Origin: Acidobacteriota bacterium
GTDB taxonomy: Bacteria > Acidobacteriota > Vicinamibacteria > Vicinamibacterales > UBA2999
Direction: 5' to 3'
Assembly (NCBI GenBank): GCA_022842985.1
Contig: JALHON010000025.1
Span: 4,360 to 28,359 of the forward strand
Length of the DNA: 24,000 nucleotides
A program made the translations under genes and the position numbers. How positions within the stretch are numbered: the first letter of the stretch is position 1; each line of letters begins with the position of its first letter. This document shows positions 11,377-20,389 of the stretch, in pieces. Below the pieces are notes generated by a model. The model ran no database searches, was not told the origin of the DNA, and was given only the letters and a program-made list of their open reading frames with translations.

Positions 11377-13053
11377 GTGCCAGCAGACACCCCGAGTAAC
11401 GTGGCAGAGCCCTTCCAGCATTTTGTCGACGACTACCTGGCCTACCTCTACGAAGCGCACCCGACGAGCGCGACGTTGGATGGCATCCACGTACATGACG
11501 ACCTGCTCGACGACCTGAGCCGGACGGCGATCGACACCCATTCCGGCGCCCTCGCCGGCTTTGCCCGCCGCCTCGACGCGATTCCCGCCGCGCCGCTCAG
11601 CCCGGTGGACCAGATCGAGCACAAGATCGTCCGGGCGAACATCGAGTCCCGCCAGTTCGACACCGACCGCGTCCGCTCCTGGGAGCGCGACCCGCACTTC
11701 TACGGGCAGACGCTGGCCGCCAGCCTCGCCTCGCAGGCCATCTTCACCTTCGCCCCGGAAACCGACCGGGCGCGCCGCCTCCTGTCGAAGCTGCGCCAGG
11801 TGCCGCGCCTCGTGCAGGCCGCCCGCGACAACATCAAGGACTCGCCGGCCATCTTCGTGAAGACCGGCATCGACACCTTCCGGGGTGTCGTCACCTTCAT
11901 CGACACCGACCTGCCGCGGGCCTTCGCCAGCCTCGACGACATGCACCTGCTGGCCGACCTGGCGGATGCGTCCACCGAGGCCACGACCGCGCTCGGTGCC
12001 TACGCCCAGTACCTCGAGACCGAGGTGCGCCCCAAGGCGAAGGCCTCGTTCCGGCTGGGTCAGGAGCGCTTCGAACGCAAGCTGCTCGTGGACGAAGGCC
12101 TGCCGCATTCCTGCGAACGCCTGCTCACCATCGCCGAACGCGAACTGGGGCGGGTGCAGGAAGAGTTCCGCACGGTCGCCGGCAAGCTCGGCTACAAGGA
12201 ACCGCTCGACGCCTGGCAGAAGGCCAAGGACGCCCACCCGGCGCCCGGCACCCTCATCGCCACCGTCCGTGAGCAGGTCAACGAACTGCGCACCTTCCTC
12301 GAACGCAGTGGCGTCGTCGCCGTGCCGAACGGCGACCAGGTGCACGTGGCGGCCTCGCCCGAGTTCCTGCGCTGGTCCACGGCCAGCATGTGGATGCCGG
12401 GCCCGTTCGAAACACGCCAGACGCGCTCGACCTACTACCTGACCGACGCGCCACGCTCGTGGCCCGAGGCGAAGCAGCTCGAGCACCTGCGCGACCTGAA
12501 TCTGCCCACGCTGTGGAGCATCTCGATGCACGAGGTGTTCCCCGGCCACTTCCTGCACTTCCAGCACCTGCGCACCATCGAATCGAAGGTGCGCCGCTCG
12601 ACGCTGCTCGCCCCCACCTCCTACATCGAAGGCTGGGCGCACTACGCCGAGCAGATGATGCTCGAAGCCGGCTTCGGGAAGGGCGACGGCAACGTGCACC
12701 TCGGCCAGCTCGCCGAGTCGCTCGTGCGCCTGGCCCGCCTCGTCGTGGGCATCAAGCTGCACGCCGACGACTGGTCGGTGGAGCAGGGCGTACGCTTCTT
12801 CCAGAACGAAGCGTACCTCGAGGAATCACATGCACGGCGCGAGGCCGAGCGCGGGACGTTCGATCCGAGTTACGTCGTCTACGCCGCCGGCAAGCTCATG
12901 CTGCTGAAGCTCAGACAGGACTGGCAGGAACAGCAGGGCGGCAAGCCCTCGCTGCGCGCCTTCCACGACGCCTTCCTGAGCCAGGGCTCCGCCCCGTTCT
13001 GGGCGTTACGCGCGCTGATGCTCGGCGGTCACGCCGACGACGTCCTGGAGTAA
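11377..13053 (+). CDS. DUF885-family protein (HExxPGH metallopeptidase-like motif)
   Basis: It contains SMHEVFPGHFLHFQH and IEGWAHYAE, which are characteristic of DUF885. The start is uncertain. The listed TTG 11302 would overlap divergent rsmI, so in-frame GTG 11377 or GTG 11401 is more plausible. Confidence 0.8.
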   Translation: MPADTPSNVAEPFQHFVDDYLAYLYEAHPTSATLDGIHVHDDLLDDLSRTAIDTHSGALAGFARRLDAIPAAPLSPVDQIEHKIVRANIESRQFDTDRVRSWERDPHFYGQTLAASLASQAIFTFAPETDRARRLLSKLRQVPRLVQAARDNIKDSPAIFVKTGIDTFRGVVTFIDTDLPRAFASLDDMHLLADLADASTEATTALGAYAQYLETEVRPKAKASFRLGQERFERKLLVDEGLPHSCERLLTIAERELGRVQEEFRTVAGKLGYKEPLDAWQKAKDAHPAPGTLIATVREQVNELRTFLERSGVVAVPNGDQVHVAASPEFLRWSTASMWMPGPFETRQTRSTYYLTDAPRSWPEAKQLEHLRDLNLPTLWSISMHEVFPGHFLHFQHLRTIESKVRRSTLLAPTSYIEGWAHYAEQMMLEAGFGKGDGNVHLGQLAESLVRLARLVVGIKLHADDWSVEQGVRFFQNEAYLEESHARREAERGTFDPSYVVYAAGKLMLLKLRQDWQEQQGGKPSLRAFHDAFLSQGSAPFWALRALMLGGHADDVLE

Positions 13054-13059
13054 TTCACC

Positions 13060-13407
13060 ATGCCGCTCTACGAATACGAGTGCGAGTCCTGCGCGCACAG
13101 ATTCGAGGTCATCCAGAAGTTCTCCGACGCCCCCATCTCGGTCTGCCCGAAGTGCGGGGGGCCCGTGCAGAAGCTGCTGTCGTCGCCCGCGATTCAATTC
13201 AAGGGCAGCGGTTTCTACCTGACCGACTACGGCCGTGGCACCGGCAGCAAGTCCGAGAGCGCCAACACCAAGGCCGGCAAGGCCGAAAGTGGCGCCACGT
13301 CGGGCGGGGACAGCGCCGCGAAGAGCGACAGCGGCAGCAGCTCGGACACGAAGGCCTCGACGAGCGACACGTCGAGCGCGAAGCCCGCCGCCAGCAAGAG
13401 CGAGTAG
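13060..13407 (+). CDS. FmdB-family CxxC...CxxC zinc-ribbon putative regulatory protein
   Basis: MPLYEYECESCAHRFEVIQKFSDAPISVCPKCGGPVQKLLS is the classic FmdB-family zinc ribbon. It is followed by a Ser/Ala/Gly/Lys-rich low-complexity tail. The gene starts 6 nt after the DUF885 stop. Confidence 0.8.
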   Translation: MPLYEYECESCAHRFEVIQKFSDAPISVCPKCGGPVQKLLSSPAIQFKGSGFYLTDYGRGTGSKSESANTKAGKAESGATSGGDSAAKSDSGSSSDTKASTSDTSSAKPAASKSE

Positions 13408-13412
13408 GCGCC

Positions 13413-13432
13413 GCGCGGCCCGGCGGCCGCGC
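13413..13432. terminator. GC hairpin between convergent fmdB-like gene and galU
   Basis: GCGCGGCC (13413-13420), CGGC loop, GGCCGCGC (13425-13432) form a perfect 8-bp stem. There is no U-tract. Confidence 0.4.
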
Positions 13433-13433
13433 C

Positions 13434-14321
13434 CTACCGCTTCTCGAAGCCCAGCGTCTTCAGGTACTGCGTGAAGGCCTCGGACACGTCCGGGCGCTTC
13501 AGGCCGAAGTACGCCGTGGCCTTGAGGAAGCCGAGCTTGTTGCCGGCATCGTGCCGCACGCCGTCCACTTCGAGGGCGTAGAAGGGCCGCGTCTTCAGCA
13601 GCTCGCGCATCCCGTTCGTGAGCTGGATCTCGCCCGACTTGTCGGACTTCGTGGCTTCGAGCGCGGGGAAGATGTCGGGCGTGAGCAGGTAGCGGCCGAT
13701 GATGGCGAGGTTCGACGGCGCCTGGTCGCGCGGCGGCTTCTCGACCATGTCGAGGATGCGGTGCACGCCCTTGCCGAACTGCGGCGCCGGCTCCACGGCG
13801 AGAATGCCGTAATTCGACACATCCGCCTCGGGTACGCGCTCGACGGCGATGACCGGGCTCTGCACCTTGTCGAATACGTCGATCATCTGCTTGAGCGCCG
13901 GCGGGGTGGCGTCGAAGATGTCGTCGCCGAGCACCACGGCGAACGGCTCGTCGCCCACGAGGCCGCGCGCCATCAGCACGGCGTGGCCGAGGCCGAGCGG
14001 CTGGCCCTGACGCACCGACGACACGGTGATGAGGCTCGAGACCTTGCGCACCTCCTCGAGCAGGACGTGCTTCCCCTTCGAGAGCAGGTGTGCCTCGAGT
14101 TCGCTCGAGACGTCGAAGTGGTCTTCGATGACGCTCTTGCCCCGGCTCGAGATGATGATGATGTCCGTGAGGCCCGACTCCACCGCCTCTTCGACGCCGT
14201 ACTGGATGATGGGCTTATCGACCAGCGTCAGCATCTCCTTCGGCTGGACCTTGGTGGCGGGCAGGAACCGCGTGCCGAGACCGGCAGCGGGGAACACGGC
14301 CTTACGGATGGTCGAGGACAT
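13434..14321 (-). CDS. galU: UTP--glucose-1-phosphate uridylyltransferase
   Basis: The start is ATG 14321 (MSSTIRKAVFPAAGLGTRFLPATKVQPKEMLTLVDKP). It also has VLGDDI, IAVERVP and GRYLLTPDIF. Only the last 295 codons of the listed 688-aa ORF 13434..15500 are real. The remainder is antisense to serS. Confidence 0.93.
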   Translation of the reverse strand: MSSTIRKAVFPAAGLGTRFLPATKVQPKEMLTLVDKPIIQYGVEEAVESGLTDIIIISSRGKSVIEDHFDVSSELEAHLLSKGKHVLLEEVRKVSSLITVSSVRQGQPLGLGHAVLMARGLVGDEPFAVVLGDDIFDATPPALKQMIDVFDKVQSPVIAVERVPEADVSNYGILAVEPAPQFGKGVHRILDMVEKPPRDQAPSNLAIIGRYLLTPDIFPALEATKSDKSGEIQLTNGMRELLKTRPFYALEVDGVRHDAGNKLGFLKATAYFGLKRPDVSEAFTQYLKTLGFEKR

Positions 14322-14354
14322 TCGTAATAGGATACACAGCAGAGTCTTCTCCTC

Positions 14355-15641
14355 ATGCTGGATCCCGCCTTCGTCCGCGACAATCCTGAGACAGTGCGTG
14401 CAGGCTATGCCAACCGTGGCCTGGATGCGAATGCCGAGCTCGAGGCGCTCGCCGGGCTCGATACCGAACGCCGCCGGCTCATCCCAGAAATCGAAGGGCT
14501 GAAGCGCGAGCAGAACGCCGCCGCCAGCGAAGTCGCGCAGGCCAAGAAGCAGGGCCTCGATGCCTCGCATCTCTTCGAGGCGAACAAGGCGCGCGGGCAG
14601 AAGGTCAAGCAGCTCGAAACCGAGCTCGAGGCCATCGAGGCGAAACGTGTCGCCATCGTCACCACCCTGCCCAACCTGCCGCACGCGTCGGTGCCGGTCG
14701 GGAAGAGCGCCGCCGACAACGTGGTCGTGCGCACGTGGGGCACGCCGCGCGAGTTCGACTTCGAACCGCAGGCGCACTGGGATCTGGGCCCCGCCCTCGG
14801 CATCATCGACTTCGAACGCGCCACCAAGATCGCCCGCGCCCGCTTCGCCGTGCTGATGGGCGCCGGCGCGCAGCTCGAGCGCGCGCTCATCAACTTCATG
14901 CTCTCGCTGCACTCGGGCGAACACGGCTACACCGAGATCGAGCCGCCGTTCCTCGTGAACAGCGCCAGCATGTACGGCACCGGCCAGCTGCCGAAGTTCG
15001 AGCAGGATCTCTTCAAGATCGGGGGCGAGTGGGACCTGTATCTCATCCCCACCGCCGAAGTGCCGGTGACGAACCTCTATCGCGGCGAGATCCTCGACGG
15101 CCGCACGCTGCCGCTGCGCTACACGTCCTACACGCCGTGCTTCCGCAGCGAAGCCGGCTCCTACGGCGCCGACGTGCGCGGGCTCATCCGCCAGCACCAG
15201 TTCGACAAGGTCGAACTCGTGAAGTTCACGACCGCCGAGCAGTCGTACGACGAACTCGAAGCCCTCACCGCGAACGCGGAAGAAGTGCTGAAGCGGCTGG
15301 AACTGCCGTATCGCACGATGGCGCTCTGCACGGGCGACATGGGTTTCTCGTCGGCCAAGACCTACGACATCGAAGTGTGGCTGCCGAGCCAGAAGACCTA
15401 CCGCGAGATCTCGTCGTGCTCGAACTGCGAGTCGTTCCAGGCGCGCCGGGCCAACATCAAATACCGGCCGAACGGCACCGGCAAGGCGGAGTACGTGCAC
15501 ACGCTCAACGGCTCCGGGCTCGCCGTGGGCCGCACGCTCATCGCCGTGCTCGAGAACTACCAGCAGAAGGACGGCTCGGTCGTGATTCCGACGGTGCTGC
15601 GCCCCTTCATGGGCGGGCGCGAGGTGATTGCGAAGGCGTGA
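14355..15641 (+). CDS. serS: Seryl-tRNA synthetase
   Basis: 428 aa. It has an N-terminal coiled-coil arm ([14 protein letters not shown]...) and class II motifs ([43 protein letters not shown]). Confidence 0.97.
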   Translation: MLDPAFVRDNPETVRAGYANRGLDANAELEALAGLDTERRRLIPEIEGLKREQNAAASEVAQAKKQGLDASHLFEANKARGQKVKQLETELEAIEAKRVAIVTTLPNLPHASVPVGKSAADNVVVRTWGTPREFDFEPQAHWDLGPALGIIDFERATKIARARFAVLMGAGAQLERALINFMLSLHSGEHGYTEIEPPFLVNSASMYGTGQLPKFEQDLFKIGGEWDLYLIPTAEVPVTNLYRGEILDGRTLPLRYTSYTPCFRSEAGSYGADVRGLIRQHQFDKVELVKFTTAEQSYDELEALTANAEEVLKRLELPYRTMALCTGDMGFSSAKTYDIEVWLPSQKTYREISSCSNCESFQARRANIKYRPNGTGKAEYVHTLNGSGLAVGRTLIAVLENYQQKDGSVVIPTVLRPFMGGREVIAKA

Positions 15642-15665
15642 CGACTGTCGCCGAACCCGTCGTCA
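15639..15665. terminator. Hairpin spanning both stop codons of convergent serS and permease genes
   Basis: TGACGAC (15639-15645) pairs with GTCGTCA (15659-15665), a 7-bp stem with a 13-nt loop. The serS TGA and the permease TGA (tca on the plus strand) both lie within the stem arms. There is no U-tract. Confidence 0.25.
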
Positions 15666-17048
15666 GAACGACCCGAACGTCGTGCCCACCACGAGCACCA
15701 CGGCCAGCGCCAGCAGCGGACCCACGACCGACACCATGAACATGTCGAAGTAGGCCTCGCGATGCGTGAGCCGGCAGATGCCGAGCATGGTGATGACGGC
15801 GCCGTTGTGCGGCAGTGAATCGAGCCCGCCGCAGGCAATTGCCGCCACGCGGTGCAGCAGTTCCGGGCTGATGCCGGCCGTGGCCGCGGCGGCGGCGTAG
15901 GTCTTCCCCAGCATGCCGAGCGCCAGGCCCAGGCCACCGGCCGCGGATCCGGTGATGCCGGCCATGATGTTCACGGCAATGGCTTCGTTCACGAGGATGT
16001 TCGAGCTCACGCCGGCAAGCGCCGCCTGCACCACGGCGAATCCGGCGAGCGAGGCGATCACGGCGCCGTAGGCGATTTCAGACGCGGTGTTGAAGATCGG
16101 CAGCATCGAGCTGAACGTGCCCTGGTTGAGCGAGCCCTTCAGATCCTGCCAGCGCCGCCAGTGCAGCAGCATCGCCGTGAGGGTCGCGAGCGCCAGCGCG
16201 GAGACGAGCGCCCACAGGCCGCGCACGTCGTTCACGCCCACGCCGCCGAACTTCGGCTCCTTGAGATACGCGAGGTCCATCGCCGGAATCACCCACCACG
16301 TCATGGCGATGTTCATCACGAGCACGACGAGGAGTGGCAGCACTGCGATCATGAGCGGCGGCTCGTCGAGCGCGGGCGCGGCATCCTGCGCGTCGAGCGG
16401 ATGGTGGCCGTAGCCTTCGCCGCGGTCGGCCGCCTGCCGCGCGCGCGACTGCAGCCACCAGGCGCCGAAGACGAGCATCACGAGGCCGCCGATGCTGCCC
16501 ACACCGGGTGCCGCGAACGTGTCGGTGCCGAAGAACGCGATCGGCATCGCGTTCTGGATCGACGGCGTGCCCGGAATGCCGCTCAGCGTGAAGGTGGCGC
16601 CGCCGAGCAGCACCGCCGCGGGGATGAACCGCTTCGGCGTGTGCGAGTTGCGGAAGATCGCAACCGCCACCGGATACACCGCGAAGATCACGACGAGCAC
16701 CGAGACGCCGCCGTAGGTGAGCACCGCGCAGGCGAGCACGATCGCGAGCACCGACCGCTTGGGGCCCAGGCGCGCCACGATCCACGACGCAATCGCCGAC
16801 GCGGAGCCTGAGTCCGCCATCAGCCGCCCGAGGATCGCCCCGAGCATGAAGAGCGCGAAGTAGCCGGTGACGAAGCCGCCGAGGCTCTTCATGTAAACCT
16901 GGCTGAGCACGGCGAGCAGCCGCGTTTCGCCGCCGATGAGCGCGGCGAGCAGCGCCAGCACCGGCGCCACGAGCAACACGTTGAACCCCCGGTACGCCAG
17001 GTACATCAGGAGGCCGAGGGAAAGAAGGATGCCGAAGACGCCAATCAT
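15663..17048 (-). CDS. GntP-family (ion transporter superfamily) permease, substrate unknown
   Basis: 461 aa and highly hydrophobic with multiple TM segments. The N-terminus MIGVFGILLSLGLLMYLAYRG and the C-terminal GGLDSLPHNGAVIT resemble gluconate/hydroxy-acid:H+ symporter-family permeases. Confidence 0.75.
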   Translation of the reverse strand: MIGVFGILLSLGLLMYLAYRGFNVLLVAPVLALLAALIGGETRLLAVLSQVYMKSLGGFVTGYFALFMLGAILGRLMADSGSASAIASWIVARLGPKRSVLAIVLACAVLTYGGVSVLVVIFAVYPVAVAIFRNSHTPKRFIPAAVLLGGATFTLSGIPGTPSIQNAMPIAFFGTDTFAAPGVGSIGGLVMLVFGAWWLQSRARQAADRGEGYGHHPLDAQDAAPALDEPPLMIAVLPLLVVLVMNIAMTWWVIPAMDLAYLKEPKFGGVGVNDVRGLWALVSALALATLTAMLLHWRRWQDLKGSLNQGTFSSMLPIFNTASEIAYGAVIASLAGFAVVQAALAGVSSNILVNEAIAVNIMAGITGSAAGGLGLALGMLGKTYAAAAATAGISPELLHRVAAIACGGLDSLPHNGAVITMLGICRLTHREAYFDMFMVSVVGPLLALAVVLVVGTTFGSF

Positions 17049-17122
17049 GCGCGGCCATCATTGAAGGAACGGCGGCGCTGGCGCAAGCCATACCGATGTG
17101 ACATGTTCTTGGACCGGAACGG

Positions 17123-17809
17123 ATGATGGCGCAGACCGACGGCACCCGCGAATCGGCAATCACCCACTGGATCACGGCGGCGGCGGCGCTGGCCGTCATC
17201 GTCGCGATTCGGTTCTTCCTGCCGATCCCGTGGATCTTCGACATGAACGATCCGGAGTTCATGCCGCTCATCCTGCTCGTGCCGCTGGCCGCGGTGTTCG
17301 GCCTCTACCACGCAGTGCTCGGACTGCGGTGGACGTTACGCGCGCGTCGGTTCGGCGTCGCCTCGCTCGAGATCACCGGCGAGGTCGGAGCGCTCGGACG
17401 TCCGCTGCACGGGCGGGTGCGCACGGCCCGGCCACTGCAGCCCGAAGGGGACTATGAGCTGCGCCTGCGCTGCATCGAGACCCATCAGATGCGCAGCGTG
17501 GGCGAGTCGGCACGCACGCACAGTCGCGACTACGTCGTGTGGGAACAGGCCGTGACGGTGCCGGCGGCGGGCATCGACTCGTCGAAGGGCATCCCGTTCT
17601 CGTTCACTCTGCCGAAGCAGGTGCGGGCGCCACAGCCCGAACGTGACCCGAACGCGATCCAGTTCGACTATGCGGTGGCCGTGCCGTTCGCGAAGAAGAT
17701 CTGGACGAACCGGCCCGCCAGCGGCACCTCGTGGCTGCTCGTCGTGACGGCACCGATGCCGGGCACGGACTTCAAGGCTGCGTTCACCGTGCCCGTGCAG
17801 CAGCCCTGA
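17123..17809 (+). CDS. Hypothetical membrane protein (2 predicted TM helices plus a beta-rich C-terminal domain)
   Basis: 228 aa. The hydrophobic segments are ITHWITAAAALAVIVAIRFFLPIPWIF and FMPLILLVPLAAVFGLYHAVLGL. Codon usage is GC3-rich like its neighbours. I recognise no family. Confidence 0.55.
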   Translation: MMAQTDGTRESAITHWITAAAALAVIVAIRFFLPIPWIFDMNDPEFMPLILLVPLAAVFGLYHAVLGLRWTLRARRFGVASLEITGEVGALGRPLHGRVRTARPLQPEGDYELRLRCIETHQMRSVGESARTHSRDYVVWEQAVTVPAAGIDSSKGIPFSFTLPKQVRAPQPERDPNAIQFDYAVAVPFAKKIWTNRPASGTSWLLVVTAPMPGTDFKAAFTVPVQQP

Positions 17810-17821
17810 AGTCGAGTACGC

Positions 17822-20050
17822 CTACCGCACGACAACCGCGATGTCGTCGGAGGCGATGCTGGCGCCGGCTGCGTTCAGCGCATGCACGCGCACGTAGTAG
17901 GTGCCGGGTGGCACGTTGCCGAACGACACCTGCGTCGCCGCACCGAGCGTGACTTGCGCCAGGTTGGAGAGCCCTGGCCCGGAACCGGCCACCAGACGGT
18001 GGCCTGTCACCACCCCCTGCCAGAACGGCCACCTCCACGTGAACGTGACCGTGCCGCCCGAGACTGTTGCCTGCAGGTCCTCGGGGGCGTATGGCGGCGC
18101 CGGCACGTTGCCGACGTGCAGCCGCACTTCCGGCGACGGCGGACTCATGCCGGCGGCATTCGCCGCACGCACCCGCAGGAAGTAGACGCCAGGCGGCACT
18201 GGCAGGTAGGTGAATGCCGGCGCAGCCACTGGCAGCGTCAGGCTCGTCACTCCGGTGGCCGGGCCAGCCTCCACGAGGTAGCTCGTCGCCACGCCGCCTA
18301 CGTAGGGCGGTGTCCAGGTCAGGGTCAACCGCGACCCGCTCATCCACCCCTCGATGAACGGCGGAGCGGCTGGCGGTGCACTGCCCTGTGTGGTCACGAC
18401 CACCTCGATCTCGTTCGAGGCAGCACTCATGCCGTAGGCGTTCACCGCACGCACACGCACGTAATAGCGGCCCGGCCCGACAGGCGAGGCCACGAGCGAC
18501 TGATTGGCGGTCTGCAGAACGACCGCCGTCGTGCCTGGCGCGAGCCCCGCCTCGAGGAGGAAGTGTGTGACGTCAGGCCCTGGCCGGTTCCACGAGAGTG
18601 TGACGGCGAAGCCCGCGACGGCCGCCCGCAACCCGTCAGGCGCCGGCGGTGGCACGTCGCGCCGAAGCGAGAAGCTGATGCCGGTCGTGACCGCGCCCGG
18701 CGCCACCGCGATCGGTGTGCCCAGCGTGCGCAGCTCGGCCTCGGTGCAGCGGGCCTCCGCGCACGGGATGTCGTCGAAGATCTCGCCGTTACGAGGGAAG
18801 TCGCTCACGTAGACGAAGTAGGTGCCGCCCGGGAGTCCGGGCAGGACGTATTCGCCCGAGGCGTTGGTGGTGGCCCAGACGACCTGGAAGGCCGCCCCCG
18901 AGGCCCTGACGACGCCCCGGACGTCGATGCCTGCGAGTGGCGTCAGGGTCGAGGCATCTCTGACCACACCGGAGATCCCACCGCCGGGAGACAACGCCAC
19001 ATCGCGGCCGGATACCGTGGCGCCGGTCGCGACGACGATCGGCGTGCTCGCAGCGACAGCCACCGGTTGAGAGGCGCACACCGCCTGCAGACACGGGATG
19101 TTGCCGTAGAGCGCGGGCACGTGGCTCGAGTCCTCAGTGATTGCCCAGAGGTAGTAGGTGCCTGCGGGAAGTCCGCCAGCGTCGAACCGCCCGGCGCCGT
19201 CGGTGCAGTCATACGCGGCCGCGGTGACGTACCCACTCGAAATCCGCAGAACGTAGACGCAGGCGTTCGTGAGCGGCATCAGCGTCGTGGCATCGGTGAG
19301 GGTTCCGGTGACGTGGGCCCCGGGATCGAGCGCGAAGTCCACTCCGCTGGCGGTGGCGCCGGGCAGCACGTCCACCGGAGTGCCCACCCCGGCGAACACA
19401 TCCAGGAAGCAGCTGCCGCCAGGGCACGGGATGTTGCTGTACACCTCGTCGGCGTAGCCCAGACCGTTTCGCGTCAGCACCTTGTAGCGGCCCGCCGGCA
19501 ACCCTTCGAAGCGGTAGGCGCCGCTGGCGTCGGTCTGGGTCTCGCGCATGATCTCGGCCGGCGGATCCGAGGTGTCGAGCGCGTAGAGCGTCATCACGAC
19601 CCCGGCGAGCGGCGCCAGCGTGCCGGCGGCGGTCACCACGCCAGACACCACACCTCCGCGATCCAGAACGAAGTTGGCGTTGAAGGTGGCGCCCGGGGCG
19701 ACCACCAGCGGAACGCCGGGCCGGCTACCCCGGCACTCCACCTTGCACAACACGTCGCCGAAGGCTTCGTTCGTGTAGCCGAGCGTGTTCCGCGTGTAGA
19801 GGTAGTACGTTCCGGCGGTCAGGCCCGTGAACGAGAAGATGCCGGTGCCGTCGGTCGTGACCGTGCGGTCGGGACCGAATTCACCGGTGAGCACCACGGT
19901 GATGCCGGCCAGAGGATTGCCACGGGCACCAAGCGACACCTCGCCCGCGATCGTGGCGCTCTGGGCCGCGGCGGAGGCGAGAGTGACCACGGAGAAGAGT
20001 GCAGCAAAGAGCGCGCACGTGACGTGTCCGCGCAGCGAGTGGAAAGCCAT
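17822..20050 (-). CDS. Secreted repeat protein: signal peptide, 4 CarboxypepD_reg-like repeats and 3 fibronectin type III domains
   Basis: The signal peptide is MAFHSLRGHVTCALFAALFSVVTLASAAAQ. Four repeats of about 101-112 aa (nt 18656-19957) share PLAG..V.L....TD..G.Y.F.GL.AGTYY and a conserved C-x3/4-C pair. Three FN3-like units (nt 17825-18655) share ...LSW..P....Y.LEAG..PG......VPPG.YYVRVRA.NA.G.S. An AGGGGG Shine-Dalgarno sits 5 nt before the ATG. Confidence 0.85.
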   Translation of the reverse strand: MAFHSLRGHVTCALFAALFSVVTLASAAAQSATIAGEVSLGARGNPLAGITVVLTGEFGPDRTVTTDGTGIFSFTGLTAGTYYLYTRNTLGYTNEAFGDVLCKVECRGSRPGVPLVVAPGATFNANFVLDRGGVVSGVVTAAGTLAPLAGVVMTLYALDTSDPPAEIMRETQTDASGAYRFEGLPAGRYKVLTRNGLGYADEVYSNIPCPGGSCFLDVFAGVGTPVDVLPGATASGVDFALDPGAHVTGTLTDATTLMPLTNACVYVLRISSGYVTAAAYDCTDGAGRFDAGGLPAGTYYLWAITEDSSHVPALYGNIPCLQAVCASQPVAVAASTPIVVATGATVSGRDVALSPGGGISGVVRDASTLTPLAGIDVRGVVRASGAAFQVVWATTNASGEYVLPGLPGGTYFVYVSDFPRNGEIFDDIPCAEARCTEAELRTLGTPIAVAPGAVTTGISFSLRRDVPPPAPDGLRAAVAGFAVTLSWNRPGPDVTHFLLEAGLAPGTTAVVLQTANQSLVASPVGPGRYYVRVRAVNAYGMSAASNEIEVVVTTQGSAPPAAPPFIEGWMSGSRLTLTWTPPYVGGVATSYLVEAGPATGVTSLTLPVAAPAFTYLPVPPGVYFLRVRAANAAGMSPPSPEVRLHVGNVPAPPYAPEDLQATVSGGTVTFTWRWPFWQGVVTGHRLVAGSGPGLSNLAQVTLGAATQVSFGNVPPGTYYVRVHALNAAGASIASDDIAVVVR

Positions 20051-20344
20051 GTCAGCCCCCTCGCAGACCCGGACTCTGTTGGCCAGGAGCCGCTGGTCGT
20101 GCCCGGACCCGCACTCGTGAGGAGCAGCCAGAGTCGTGCCATTCAGGCCGAGGGTGCTGGCGAGGCGAACAGCCCCGGTGCCAGGTGAGGCGAATGCCGC
20201 TCAGGGGATTCCACGGAGACGCCGGAACGAATCCCCGTGTCCCACGCTTGCGCCTTCACGCCGCGCCGCGCTGACTCAGCGGATCGCGCGCACCCGCGTC
20301 GCGTGTGCCGCAAGTGCGTGTGCTAGATTGAGTTATCACCGCGC

Positions 20345-20389
20345 GGAGGGATGGCCGAGTGGTTGATGGCGGCGGTCTTGAAAACCGTT
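20345..20389 (+). tRNA. tRNA-Ser(UGA) 5' portion only; apparently truncated or a pseudo-tRNA
   Basis: GGAGGGA TG GCC-GAGTGGTTGAT-GGC G GCGGT CTTGAAA ACCGT matches the acceptor 5' strand, the type II D-arm and an anticodon arm with anticodon TGA. Downstream I find no GTTCRAnnC T-loop and no TCCCTCC 3' acceptor strand. Confidence 0.5.

Noticed and set aside
12390-14327. 645-aa plus-strand ORF spanning the DUF885 3' end, the fmdB-like gene and galU (antisense)
   Set aside because: It crosses three independently supported genes in wrong frames or on the wrong strand. No motifs were found.
14322-15500. Upstream 393 codons of the listed 688-aa minus-strand ORF 13434..15500
   Set aside because: Only the distal 295 codons (from ATG 14321) match GalU. 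The remainder is antisense to serS and has an Arg/Ala/Glu/Leu-rich artefactual composition.
17882-20188. 768-aa ORF antisense to the secreted repeat protein
   Set aside because: The minus-strand frame has a signal peptide, an SD and coherent domain repeats. The antisense product is Arg/Gly/Asp/His-rich with no structure.
20204-20236. Inverted repeat GGGGATTC...GAATCCCC (8-bp arms, 17-nt spacer) upstream of the repeat-protein gene and the tRNA fragment, considered as a terminator
   Set aside because: There is no U-tract on either strand and the loop is long. It could be a regulator site, but I have no supporting evidence, and a single occurrence in GC-rich DNA is weak.
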